Below are positions 26,064 through 35,298 of a DNA stretch of 64,000 nucleotides, piece after piece. This stretch comes from Gaiellaceae bacterium (GTDB taxonomy: Bacteria; Actinomycetota; Thermoleophilia; Gaiellales; Gaiellaceae): contig DATLQV010000032.1 of assembly GCA_035534955.1 (NCBI GenBank), forward strand, positions 1,988-65,987, in the 5' to 3' direction. The stretch's first letter is position 1. Each line of letters begins with the position of its first letter. The notes beneath the pieces are model-generated. The model saw only the letters and a program-made list of their open reading frames with translations, made no database searches and was not told where the DNA came from. A program made the translations under genes and the position numbers.

Positions 26064-27740
26064 ATGAGAGCGCGCGCGTGGTGGATCTTCCTGCTCGTGA
26101 TGGCTCCGATCGTGGGTCTCTATCTCTTTGGTCCCCACGCGTTCAACGCCGGGCCGGTGTTCAACGGCATCGGTCTGAGCGCAGTCGTGGCCATCGTGGC
26201 CGGTGTGCGTCTGCATCGCCCGCGCGCCCGGCTCGCCTGGTATCTGTTCGCAGTCGGCCAGGCGCTCTTTGTCGGCGGCGACGTACTCGCCTACAACTAC
26301 CAGCGGATCTTCGGAAGCGCGCTTCCGTTCCCATCGATTGCCGACGCGCTCTATCTCGGCGTTGGTCCGGCGATCGCCGCCGGGCTCGTGCTGCTGATCA
26401 GAAGGCGGGATCGTGGTGGAGCCCGTGCGGCCCTCATCGACTCGCTGATCATCAGTACAGCGATCGGGCTCCTCTCCTGGATCTTCCTGATGGCGCCCTA
26501 TGCACACGACACGACTCTCTCCGTGCCGGTGAAGCTCACGTCGATCCTCTACCCGTTGATGGACGTGCTCATCTTGTCGGCAGCCGTCCGCCTGGCGTTC
26601 GGCGGCGGTCACCGCGGGAAGTCCTACTACTTGATGGTCACCTCGGTCTGCGTGCTGTTCGCCACCGACGGTGTGTACGGCTGGCTCCAGCTGCATGGCG
26701 GCTATCAGACCGGCGGCCTTTTGGACGGCGGGTGGATTCTCTTCTACCTCCTGTTCGGCGCCGCAGCCCTTCACCCGTCGATGGCGACTGAAGACGCAGC
26801 GACGGCTGCGCCGGAGCGCCTCACACCGACGCGACTTGCGGTGCTGGCCGTCGCCACCTTCGTCGCTCCGATCACCGGGCTCCTCGGACCGACGAGGACG
26901 ACCGACCGGCTCGTGATCGCCGGCTCGGCCATCGTCCTGTTCAGCCTCGTCTTGCTACGAATGGTCGGGTCGGTGCAGAAGCACGAGTCGGCGGTTGCTC
27001 GGATGCGAGCGTTGCAGGAGACAACGGATCGCATGCGCGAGCTCGATCGACTCAAGGACCACTTCGTTGCGACGGTCTCGCACGAGCTCCGCACGCCGTT
27101 GACCTCGATCCACGGCTATCTCGATCTCGTTCTCGGCGGTGACTCCGACTCGCTGGAGGACGAACAGCGCCGGTTCCTCTTGATCGCCGATCGCAACACG
27201 GACCGCCTGCAAAAGCTCGTCGAGGATCTGCTGTTCATCTCCGAGCTCGACGCCCACGGACTGACGCTCGAGCTCACCGAATGCGACCTGGGCGGCCTTG
27301 CGCGCGAGAGCCTGGAATCGGCGCGGCCGCGAGCGGAGGCGGACGGCATCAGCCTCGGATTCTCGTCGACGAGCCCGGTCCATCTCAGGGGTGACCGCAT
27401 ACGCCTCGGCCAGTTACTCGACAACGTGATCTCGAACGCGGTCAAGTTCACCCCCCGCGGAGGAAGCGTGTCGGTCCGGGTCGGGCGATCGAACGGCTCG
27501 GCCGTGCTCGAGATCGAGGACACCGGGCTGGGGATCGCCACCGACGAGCAGTCGCAGGTCTTCGATCGCTTCTTCCGCACACAGGCCGCGGGCGACCACG
27601 CCATTCAGGGGACAGGCCTCGGGCTGTCGATCTCCCAGGGCATTGCCCAGGCCCACGGCGGGCTCATCGGCGTCACGAGCGAGGAGAATGTCGGCACGAC
27701 GTTCCGCGTCGAGCTGCCGGTGCACGCGACGATCGTGTAG
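26064..27740 (+). CDS. Orphan sensor histidine kinase with ~9-10 TM N-terminal domain
   Basis: H-box 'VSHELRTPLTSI', 'NVISNAVKFTP', 'DTGLGI', 'GTGLGLSI'. No response regulator gene adjacent. Confidence 0.9.
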   Translation: MRARAWWIFLLVMAPIVGLYLFGPHAFNAGPVFNGIGLSAVVAIVAGVRLHRPRARLAWYLFAVGQALFVGGDVLAYNYQRIFGSALPFPSIADALYLGVGPAIAAGLVLLIRRRDRGGARAALIDSLIISTAIGLLSWIFLMAPYAHDTTLSVPVKLTSILYPLMDVLILSAAVRLAFGGGHRGKSYYLMVTSVCVLFATDGVYGWLQLHGGYQTGGLLDGGWILFYLLFGAAALHPSMATEDAATAAPERLTPTRLAVLAVATFVAPITGLLGPTRTTDRLVIAGSAIVLFSLVLLRMVGSVQKHESAVARMRALQETTDRMRELDRLKDHFVATVSHELRTPLTSIHGYLDLVLGGDSDSLEDEQRRFLLIADRNTDRLQKLVEDLLFISELDAHGLTLELTECDLGGLARESLESARPRAEADGISLGFSSTSPVHLRGDRIRLGQLLDNVISNAVKFTPRGGSVSVRVGRSNGSAVLEIEDTGLGIATDEQSQVFDRFFRTQAAGDHAIQGTGLGLSISQGIAQAHGGLIGVTSEENVGTTFRVELPVHATIV

Positions 27741-27988
27741 GTGGGGTCTCCCGCCGGCTGCGCGCTCACCTGACCCCCAACGACCCTCAACAAGGTTTCT
27801 GGGCCGCTCGTTCAGGGGAAAAGGAGAAGGCGCGTCGGCGGCATGCAACCGGAGCCCGACGACCTCCGCTTTAGGACTCCGCCCCAGCAAACGGTCGGAA
27901 ATCAGATATCGGCAAAGCGGCCGATCAAGACCCGGCGGTTGGAGGCGACATCGATAGGTCAGCAATCAGGGCTTCGCACGCGACACCG

Positions 27989-28903
27989 GTGGTTGCGGAT
28001 TGGAAGCAGCCGCTCAGCGGCGCCTACAAGGCGATCAACCTCGCGGGAATCGCGCTGCCACTTCTCGGGCTCGCCCTGGCAGTTGCTCTGCTCTGGGACA
28101 GGATGGTCGGAGTCACGGAGCTTGCGATCCTCACCGTCGGGTATCTCGCCACCGGCCTTGGGATCACCGTCGGCTTCCACCGTCTGTTCACGCACCGGTC
28201 ATTCCAGACATCGCGGGCGGTGCGCTACACCCTCGCGATCCTCGGACAGATGGCCGTCGAGGGCGATGTCCTGACCTGGGTCGCAGACCACCGCAAACAT
28301 CACCAGTACTCCGACCGCGCAGGAGATCCGCACAGCCCGCACGTCGACTTCGGCGACGGTCCCATCGAGAGCATCAAGGGGCTCTGGCACGCGCACACCG
28401 GCTGGCTCTTCTCCCACGTCGGGCGCGCCAACCGCGAAAAGTACGCCAAGGACCTCATGGCCGACGCGGGGCTGCGAGCGATCGCCGGGATGTTCCTTCC
28501 ACTAGTCCTGGTGTCGCTCTTGCTCCCCGCCCTCGTCGGTTGGCTCCTGCTCGGCGGCTGGTACGGCTTCCTCGCCGGCCTGGTCTGGGGCGGAGGCGTC
28601 CGGATCTTCCTGCTCCACCATGTCACCTTCTCGATCAACTCGATCTGCCACATGTGCGGCCGCCGCCGCTTCGCCTCCGGCGATGAGTCACGCAACGTCT
28701 GGTGGCTCTCCTGGCTCTCGTTCGGCGAGTCCTGGCACAACAACCACCACGCCTTCCCCTCCTCGGCCTTCCACGGGCTCCGCGGCTGGGAAGTCGACCC
28801 CGGCGGCTGGTTCATCCGAGGACTCGAATGGTCCGGCCTCGCGTGGGGTGTCATCCGGATCGACACCAAGCGCCAAAGCCGAAAGCTCTTGCAAGCGCGG
28901 TAG
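27989..28903 (+). CDS. Membrane acyl-CoA/acyl-lipid desaturase (stearoyl-CoA 9-desaturase family)
   Basis: Three His boxes 'HRLFTHRSF', 'HRKHHQYSD', 'HNNHHAFP'. GTG start. Confidence 0.9.
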   Translation: MVADWKQPLSGAYKAINLAGIALPLLGLALAVALLWDRMVGVTELAILTVGYLATGLGITVGFHRLFTHRSFQTSRAVRYTLAILGQMAVEGDVLTWVADHRKHHQYSDRAGDPHSPHVDFGDGPIESIKGLWHAHTGWLFSHVGRANREKYAKDLMADAGLRAIAGMFLPLVLVSLLLPALVGWLLLGGWYGFLAGLVWGGGVRIFLLHHVTFSINSICHMCGRRRFASGDESRNVWWLSWLSFGESWHNNHHAFPSSAFHGLRGWEVDPGGWFIRGLEWSGLAWGVIRIDTKRQSRKLLQAR

Positions 28904-28908
28904 CCTCG

Positions 28909-29985
28909 TCATTCGCCGCGCAGCCGCGCGAGCAGCACGGCGTACCCGTCGCGGTCGACAGGCAGCGGCACAGCGCGCTCCTCGTGCGTCGACAGGACGA
29001 TCGCGTTCGCGAGCTCGAGCGAGCAGAGCGCATCGCGCGCTGGGACGCGCGGTTCGCGGCCCTCGAGGACGGCTGCGGCGAAGTCCGCGTGCACGTCTCG
29101 ATGGTCGCCGCGACCGGGCGGGAGCCCGACGGCCTCGGTGACGCGCTCGGGCTGCGCGAACATCTCGGTCGCGCTCCTGAGATGCTCCGAGATCGGCGGC
29201 TCGAAGCGCTCGAAGACGATCGACTCGGCGACGATCTCGATCCGGCCGCGGTCGCCGACGAGCTCGATGCGCTGCACGCCGGGCTCGAGCGTCGAGACCG
29301 CGATCGTGCCGACAGCGCCGCCTTCGTACGACAGGAGTGCGGTCGCCGTGTCCTCCGCCTCCATCGGCTGCGCGCGCCGTTGCGCGACGCCCCACACGGT
29401 CACAGGAGGCCCCGCGAGATGGCAGAGGAGATCGAGCGTGTGCGGCGCCTGATTCATCAGGACGCCCCCGCCTTCGCCCTTCCACGTGCCGCGCCAGCCT
29501 GCTGTGCGGTAGTAGGCGTTCGGCCGGTACAGCGGATCGACGATCGACGCGCGCACGAGCGTCCCGAGCCGGCCCTCGTCGACCAGTTGCCGTGCGGCCG
29601 CGATCACCGGCCGGAAGCGCTGCTGGAAACACACGCCGAGGAGCCGGCCCGCCCGGTCGGCCGCGGCGATCATCGCGTCCGCGTCCCGCGCCTCCGGTGC
29701 GAGCGGCTTCTCGCACAGCACATGCGCGCCCGTCTCGAGTGCCGCGATCGTCAGCTCGGCGTGCGAGGGGTGCGGCGTGGCAACAACGACGACGTCGAGC
29801 TCGCACGCGAGCAGCTCGTCGCTCTCGGCAAAGGGGCGGCTGCCAGACTCCCGCGCGCGCAGGGCCGCCGATTCCGTGTCGTGCGCGGCGATGCCGACGA
29901 GCTCGACGTCGTCGAGCGCCGCGATCGCTTCGAGATGCATCCCCGCGACGACGCCTGCGCCGATCAAGCCGTAGCGCAACGTCAC
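28909..29985 (-). CDS. Gfo/Idh/MocA-family NAD(P)-dependent oxidoreductase
   Basis: 'LRYGLIGAGVVAGMHLEAI', 'VVVATPHPSHAELTIAALETGAHVLCEKPLA'. Confidence 0.9.
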   Translation of the reverse strand: MTLRYGLIGAGVVAGMHLEAIAALDDVELVGIAAHDTESAALRARESGSRPFAESDELLACELDVVVVATPHPSHAELTIAALETGAHVLCEKPLAPEARDADAMIAAADRAGRLLGVCFQQRFRPVIAAARQLVDEGRLGTLVRASIVDPLYRPNAYYRTAGWRGTWKGEGGGVLMNQAPHTLDLLCHLAGPPVTVWGVAQRRAQPMEAEDTATALLSYEGGAVGTIAVSTLEPGVQRIELVGDRGRIEIVAESIVFERFEPPISEHLRSATEMFAQPERVTEAVGLPPGRGDHRDVHADFAAAVLEGREPRVPARDALCSLELANAIVLSTHEERAVPLPVDRDGYAVLLARLRGE

Positions 29986-30773
29986 GCCAACGACCTGAGG
30001 GCGGCGATGCAGTCGCGCGTTGCGAGCTCACCGCTGCCGTCGCGCACGTAGTGCGTCTCGAAGGAGAGATACCCGTCGAAACCGGCCCGCGCGAGACAGT
30101 CGAGCTGCGCCCGAAAATCGACGATGCCGTCGCCGACTCTCGTCCACTCCCGGGACGGGCTGACGTCTTTCACGTGGACGTGCGCGATGCGCTCGACGAT
30201 CGTCTCGAGCCCGCCGAGCCCGTTCCACGCGGCCGGGTCGAGCATCGCGGCGTTGCCCGGGTCCCAGATGAGCCGCAGTTGCGGCGAGTCGGCGGCATCG
30301 AGCGCGGCGTGCGCCTCGGCGGCGGTGGCAACGTTGCACTCGTGCTCGTTCTCGAGCGCGAGCGTGAGACCCGCAGCGTGCGCGAGCGCCGTCGCGTCGT
30401 ACAGCGCGCGGCCGAGGTCGGGCAGTGCGGCAGCCGGATCGGGCTCGCGCCAGTAGCCGAACGCGCGGATGACCGGTGCGCCGAGCGCGATCGCGGCACG
30501 TAGCGTTCCCGCGAGCACGTCGTCCTGGCCCTCTCCGCGGTCGCACTTGAGGAACGGAGAAGCGACCGCACAGACGGTGAAGCCGCGCCGGTCGAGCGCG
30601 TCCCGGATCGCGGCCAGCTCCGCGTCGGAGCGCTCGACGACCTGCACGCCATCGAGCGTGCGCAGCTCGACCGCATCGATCCCGAGCGCCTCGCAGACGT
30701 CGAGGGCCGGCGTGAGGCCGGGGTCGATCTCGTCGGTGATGACGCTCAACCGCACCGACCGTGCTTGTATCAC
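29982..30773 (-). CDS. Sugar phosphate isomerase/epimerase (xylose isomerase-like TIM barrel)
   Basis: 'LALENEHECNV', 'HVHVKD', 'DGYLSFETH'. 4-nt overlap with the downstream gene. Confidence 0.85.
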   Translation of the reverse strand: MIQARSVRLSVITDEIDPGLTPALDVCEALGIDAVELRTLDGVQVVERSDAELAAIRDALDRRGFTVCAVASPFLKCDRGEGQDDVLAGTLRAAIALGAPVIRAFGYWREPDPAAALPDLGRALYDATALAHAAGLTLALENEHECNVATAAEAHAALDAADSPQLRLIWDPGNAAMLDPAAWNGLGGLETIVERIAHVHVKDVSPSREWTRVGDGIVDFRAQLDCLARAGFDGYLSFETHYVRDGSGELATRDCIAALRSLA

Positions 30774-30777
30774 CTGG

Positions 30778-31545
30778 ATGGGTTCCGATCTTCAGGGTCG
30801 CACCGCGGTTGTCACGGGCGCCTCCGGCGTGCTCGGCGGGGCGATCGCGCGCGGCCTCGCGGCGGCGGGCGCCCAGGTCGGATTGCTCGCGCGTCGCCGC
30901 GACCGGCTGGAGGCGCTCGCGACCGAGCTCGACGGCGCATTCGTGCTCGAGGCGGACGTACTCGACCGCTCCTCGCTCGAGCGTGCCCGGGCGCAGCTCG
31001 ACGAGCTCGACGTCCTCGTCAACGCCGCGGGCGGAAACGTCGCGGCGGCGGCGACCGGCGAGCAGACGTTCTTCGAGCTGCCGTCGTCGGCGATCGACGA
31101 GGTCGTGAAGCTGAACTTCAACGGCACGGTCCTGCCATGCCAGGTCTTCGGCGAGGCGATTGCGGAGGGCGGCTCGATCGTGAACGTCTCGTCCCTCTCG
31201 GCCCACCGCGCCCTGACCCGGGTCGTCGGCTACGGCGCCGCGAAGGCGGCGGTCGAGAACCTGACGCGGTGGCTCGCGGTCGAGCTCGCTCCGCGCGGCG
31301 TGCGTGTCAACGCGATCGCGCCAGGCTTCTTCGTCGGCGAGCAGAACCGCGCGCTGCTCCTCGACGAATCGGGCGGGCTGACCGAGCGCGGCGAGCGGAT
31401 CGTCGCGGCCACGCCGATGGGGCGCTTCGGCGAGCCGCACGAAGTCGCGGGAACCGTCGTCTGGCTCGCAGGCGCCGGTGCGTCGTTCGTCACCGGGATC
31501 GTCGTCCCGGTGGACGGCGGCTTCGACGCGTTCAGCGGCGTCTAG
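30778..31545 (+). CDS. Short-chain dehydrogenase/reductase (mannonate/fructuronate oxidoreductase-like)
   Basis: 'AVVTGASGVLGGAIA', 'NAAG', 'YGAAKAAVENLTRWLAVE', 'VRVNAIAPGFF'. Confidence 0.9.
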   Translation: MGSDLQGRTAVVTGASGVLGGAIARGLAAAGAQVGLLARRRDRLEALATELDGAFVLEADVLDRSSLERARAQLDELDVLVNAAGGNVAAAATGEQTFFELPSSAIDEVVKLNFNGTVLPCQVFGEAIAEGGSIVNVSSLSAHRALTRVVGYGAAKAAVENLTRWLAVELAPRGVRVNAIAPGFFVGEQNRALLLDESGGLTERGERIVAATPMGRFGEPHEVAGTVVWLAGAGASFVTGIVVPVDGGFDAFSGV

Positions 31546-32882
31546 ACCCGGTACGCGCGCTTCGCAAGGTCGTAAGCGAGCTCGCGCGCGATGCGGCGTG
31601 CCTCATCCTCGTTTGCAAAGCCGCCGGCAACCCGGCGCGCGAGCCAGCCGCACGTGCGGCGCCGCCAGAGATCGTGTCGCGCCGGAAGCGCAGTGAGCGC
31701 GCGCGCGTCGTCGACGAAGCCGGCCAGGTTGCGGACGCCGGCCGTCTCGACAATGCGATCGAGGAAGCGGTCGATGCCGAGCGGGCTGTCGTGAAACCAC
31801 CACGGACACCCGAGCAGAACAGCCGGATAGTGGCCGGCGAGCGGAGCGAGCTCGCGGCTATACGTGCTCTCGTCGAGTGTGAACAGAATCAGCGTGAAGT
31901 GCGGGTCGTTACCGCACGCCTCGAGCAGCGGCCGCAGACCGCGCGTCCAGTCGGTCGCGACCGGGATGTCGGCCCCGAGGTCTGCGCCGAAGCGCGCGGC
32001 AAGCGGCACGTTGTGGTCGCGGAGGCTACCGATGTGCAGCTGCATGACGAGGCCGTCGTCGAGGCTCATGCGCGCGAACTCGTTCAGCATGTGCGCCTCG
32101 AAGCTGCGCGCTTCTCCGTGCGATACCTCACCCGCGAGCGCAAGCGCGAAGAGGCGGGCAGCGTCGGCGTTCGCGAGCCGCGTCGTGTCGGCGCTCGTCG
32201 CCGCGTGGTCGGTCGCCGTCGCGCCGAGCGCCTTGAACGCGGCCCGCCGCTCGGCGAGGGCGTCGAGGAACGACTCGTAGTCGCCTAGCTCGCGACCGAC
32301 GGCGACGCCGAGCTCCGCGAGTGCGCCACGCCAGCCGGGAGCGTCGAGCACGACGACCGCGTCCGGGCGGAACGTCGGCCGGATCCTCGGGGCCAGACCC
32401 TGGTGGTCGTCGAGCGGCGCGCCGGCGGGATCGGTCGTCGCCAGGCATTCGACGCCGAACCGGTCGAGCAGCGCCGGCGGTGCGAACTCCTCGCTCGCAA
32501 GCTGCGCCTCGATCGCGTCGTACGCATCCACCGTGAGCTCGTGGATCCCGAACACGCCCGCGAGCGTCTCCCGCAGCCAGAGCCACGACGGCGTGAGCGC
32601 GAACAGGTCAGCGTTGTCGACGAGAAGCTGCCAGACGTCCCGGTCTTCGCCGCGCGTCGCCTCGAGCGCCACGCCTTGCGAGTAGAGCATCCGGACGACG
32701 TAGTGGTCACTCGTGACGAACAGGCGGCCGGGCGGCTCGAGCCGCGCGCCCGGCCGGGAGAAGAGCCGAACGTCGATGTGTCCGTGCGGACTGACGAGCG
32801 GCAGCCCGGCAACCTCGCGATAGAGATCGAGCCCGAGCGAGCCGCCCTCGATGTAGCGGTCCGGCGACTCGCGGATCGGCAT
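31542..32882 (-). CDS. uxaC: Glucuronate (uronate) isomerase family protein
   Basis: 446 aa. 'LPLVSPHGHIDVRLF' (HxH metal site of the amidohydrolase fold), 'LHIGSLRDHN', 'GCPWWFHDS'. Confidence 0.8.
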   Translation of the reverse strand: MPIRESPDRYIEGGSLGLDLYREVAGLPLVSPHGHIDVRLFSRPGARLEPPGRLFVTSDHYVVRMLYSQGVALEATRGEDRDVWQLLVDNADLFALTPSWLWLRETLAGVFGIHELTVDAYDAIEAQLASEEFAPPALLDRFGVECLATTDPAGAPLDDHQGLAPRIRPTFRPDAVVVLDAPGWRGALAELGVAVGRELGDYESFLDALAERRAAFKALGATATDHAATSADTTRLANADAARLFALALAGEVSHGEARSFEAHMLNEFARMSLDDGLVMQLHIGSLRDHNVPLAARFGADLGADIPVATDWTRGLRPLLEACGNDPHFTLILFTLDESTYSRELAPLAGHYPAVLLGCPWWFHDSPLGIDRFLDRIVETAGVRNLAGFVDDARALTALPARHDLWRRRTCGWLARRVAGGFANEDEARRIARELAYDLAKRAYRV

Positions 32883-32917
32883 ATAGGCCGAAGCCTATGC
32901 CCCTCGTCGCATCTCCA

Positions 32918-33475
32918 TCAGTGGTTGTGCAGCGGGAACTTGCACGCGACCGCCGCGCGCACGAACGCCGGCGACTGCGGATCGAGCGAGGACGGGAACA
33001 CGAAGATCACGCCGTCGATGTCGGACACCTCACGAACGCCTGCGCCGAGGCTCCTCGGGACCGATGTCCCAGGATCAGGGAAGTTGGGGATGCCGTGCCC
33101 GCGCATGCACTCCGCGGCCTTCACCATCTGCGCCAGCCACTGCGTCGTGGGGTGCGTCTGCGCTCCAGGCGCGAGCCCGGCTCCGATCGGTAGGAACTTT
33201 GCGCACTTCGCGTGTGCCGTCCCGAATGCGGGCGACGAGGGATCGACTCCGCTGCCCACGCGGAATTGGAAGCCGCCGGAGCTCGGGTCCGGGAAGTTGG
33301 GCTCGCCGTTGGCTCGCATGCACGCGGCGAACTTCAGCAAGCTCTCCTGCAGCTGCGTTTGGGTCGGCGCCACGGCAGAGGCGGAGGTCGTCGTCGCGCC
33401 GACGCCGGCGACCGGCGGCGGCTTCGAGCCGCCGCCGCATGCAGCAAGCCCGACGACGGCGGCTGCGGCGAGCAC
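32918..33475 (-). CDS. Lipoprotein with two 'C-M-R-x-[HN]-G-x-x-x-F-P-D-P ... A-C' repeats (LpA)
   Basis: Lipobox 'VGLAAC'. 'CMRANGEPNFPDP...AKC' and 'CMRGHGIPNFPDP...VAC'. Start uncertain: GTG at 33475 gives a short signal peptide with no upstream canonical start. Confidence 0.75.
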   Translation of the reverse strand: MLAAAAVVGLAACGGGSKPPPVAGVGATTTSASAVAPTQTQLQESLLKFAACMRANGEPNFPDPSSGGFQFRVGSGVDPSSPAFGTAHAKCAKFLPIGAGLAPGAQTHPTTQWLAQMVKAAECMRGHGIPNFPDPGTSVPRSLGAGVREVSDIDGVIFVFPSSLDPQSPAFVRAAVACKFPLHNH

Positions 33476-33497
33476 TGCGAGTGCCCCAACCCTCGCG

Positions 33498-34091
33498 TCA
33501 ATGGCCGGCGTTGTTGATCGCCTCTCTCACTTTCGCGGCGGTGAGCCAACCGTGCGACGCCGGGAGACACGCCTGCACGACGTGCAGGAACGTCGGCGCG
33601 TGCACGTCGATGCCCTGCGCCTGCACCGCCGAGACCGGCAGCTGACCCTGCGCGGTCGGATCGGGGAAGCGCGCGATACCGTGGCTGCGCATGCACTTGG
33701 CGAAGGACAGCTCGGCTGCGAGCTGCGAGCGCTGTTGCGCGGCAGTTTGCTCCGTCCCCCCGGGACCGCTCGGGAGCAGGTGATTGCAGGCGTTCAAGGC
33801 GGACTGGACCGCCGGGTTCGTCCCGAACCCGTGGATGGTCAGCTTGACGTTGCCTCCGGCGAAGCGCTGCGGATCGGGGAAGTTCGGCACGCCGTTGGAG
33901 CGCATGCACTGCGAGAAGGCGAGCAGCGCGCTCGGCTGCGGCGGCGTCCCCGTCGTCGTGGCTGCGGTCGTCGTCGAAGAAACGGTGTTCGCAACGCCGG
34001 GCGAACCTCCGCCCCCGCCGCAACCGGCGGCTAAGAGTGAGAACGCCGCAACGGCGGCGACGAAGGCGAGGATGAGCGGACGGCGAGGCAT
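33498..34091 (-). CDS. Two-repeat Cys lipoprotein of the same family (LpB)
   Basis: Lipobox 'LLAAGC'. 'CMRSNGVPNFPDP...NAC' and 'CMRSHGIARFPDP...QAC'. ATG at 34091, trimmed from the track ORF. Confidence 0.8.
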   Translation of the reverse strand: MPRRPLILAFVAAVAAFSLLAAGCGGGGGSPGVANTVSSTTTAATTTGTPPQPSALLAFSQCMRSNGVPNFPDPQRFAGGNVKLTIHGFGTNPAVQSALNACNHLLPSGPGGTEQTAAQQRSQLAAELSFAKCMRSHGIARFPDPTAQGQLPVSAVQAQGIDVHAPTFLHVVQACLPASHGWLTAAKVREAINNAGH

Positions 34092-34104
34092 ATCGGTCCT
34101 TTCG

Positions 34105-35298
34105 TCACACGGTTCGGAGGGCTTCAGTCGGTGAGAGGCGGGCGGCGCGGATGGCGGGCAGGAGCCCGGCGACCGCGCCGATGAAGACGGCGGCGACGAG
34201 GCCGCCGGCCCACGCGGTCGTCGGCACGACGGTCGTCCAGTGCTTGAGGTGCGCGTAGACCGCGGTGGAAATCGCTCCGGCGGTGACGCCGACTGCGCCG
34301 CCGATGACGGCGAGCAGGATCGCCTCCGAGAGGAACTGCGCGCGGATGTTTCTCTTCGTGGCGCCGAGCGCCCGTCGCAGCCCGATCTCGCTGCGGCGCT
34401 CGAGGACGCCGATGAGCATGATGTTGGCGACGCCGACCGCGCCGACCAGAAGTGAGACGGCGCCGAGGCCGAGGAAGAGACTGTTGAGCGCACCTTGTGC
34501 GTCGGCGCGCGCGGTCAGCGCCGCCGACGGTTGGCTGACGTTGACCTCGTTCGGCGCTTCGGGATTCGCGGTCGCGCCAAGCACGGACTGCACCGCCGCT
34601 GTCTCACTCGTCACGGAGCGGACGTAGATGGTCGTGGGGTGCCCGTCGAAGCTGAGGTAGCGCTTCGCGGCCGCGAAGCCCACGAGCACGCTCGAGTCGA
34701 TCTCGGGAGCGAGCGCGGCGGAGTTGAGGATCCCGCCGAGGTAGAACCACATTCCGCCGAGCCAGATGCGCTCGCCGGGAAAGATGCGGTCGATACCGAG
34801 ACGCTGCGCGGCGGCGTAGCCGAGCACGGCGACCGGCTGCCGCGCGGTCGCCGCGTTGAGGAAGCTGCCGGCGGCGACGGTCGCGCCGACCGTCCGCGGC
34901 AGGCCGAGGCTCGCCGCCTGGACGGAAAGCGCGTTCGTGTTGACGGACGGGATGAGCGGGCTGCGGTAGACGTTCGCGCTCGTCGACCCCGTGTACTGCA
35001 CCTGCTGCACGGGGCCGATGCGCGCGATCATCCCCGGGGCAGCGAGCGGGAGCTCCGCGGTCTGTCCGAACAATGTCTGGCCGTTCTGCACCGTGAGCAG
35101 GTTGGTGCCGAGCTTGTCGATCTGCGCGAGCAGCCCCGCCTGCGACGACGAGGAGAGCCCGAGCACCGCCACGATCGCAGCGACACCGATCGCGATCCCC
35201 AGCGCCGAGAGCGCTGCGCGCATGCGCCGCGTGCGCAACCCGACGCTCGCGACGCGTGCGAGATCGGACAGCCGAAGCTTCGGCGACTCGATCCTCAA
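34105..35298 (-). CDS. MacB-type ABC transporter permease (FtsX fold, 4 TM, large extracytoplasmic domain)
   Basis: 'LRTRRMRAALSALGIAIGVAAIVAV', C-terminal 'RSEIGLRRALGATKRNIRAQFLSEA...LPAIRAARLSPTEALR'. Confidence 0.9.
   Translation of the reverse strand: MRIESPKLRLSDLARVASVGLRTRRMRAALSALGIAIGVAAIVAVLGLSSSSQAGLLAQIDKLGTNLLTVQNGQTLFGQTAELPLAAPGMIARIGPVQQVQYTGSTSANVYRSPLIPSVNTNALSVQAASLGLPRTVGATVAAGSFLNAATARQPVAVLGYAAAQRLGIDRIFPGERIWLGGMWFYLGGILNSAALAPEIDSSVLVGFAAAKRYLSFDGHPTTIYVRSVTSETAAVQSVLGATANPEAPNEVNVSQPSAALTARADAQGALNSLFLGLGAVSLLVGAVGVANIMLIGVLERRSEIGLRRALGATKRNIRAQFLSEAILLAVIGGAVGVTAGAISTAVYAHLKHWTTVVPTTAWAGGLVAAVFIGAVAGLLPAIRAARLSPTEALRTV

Noticed and set aside
28688-30051. 447-aa and 449-aa ORFs overlapping the Gfo/Idh/MocA gene on both strands
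   Set aside because: Low-complexity Arg/Asp-rich translations. The 28909..29985 frame has clear Rossmann and family motifs.
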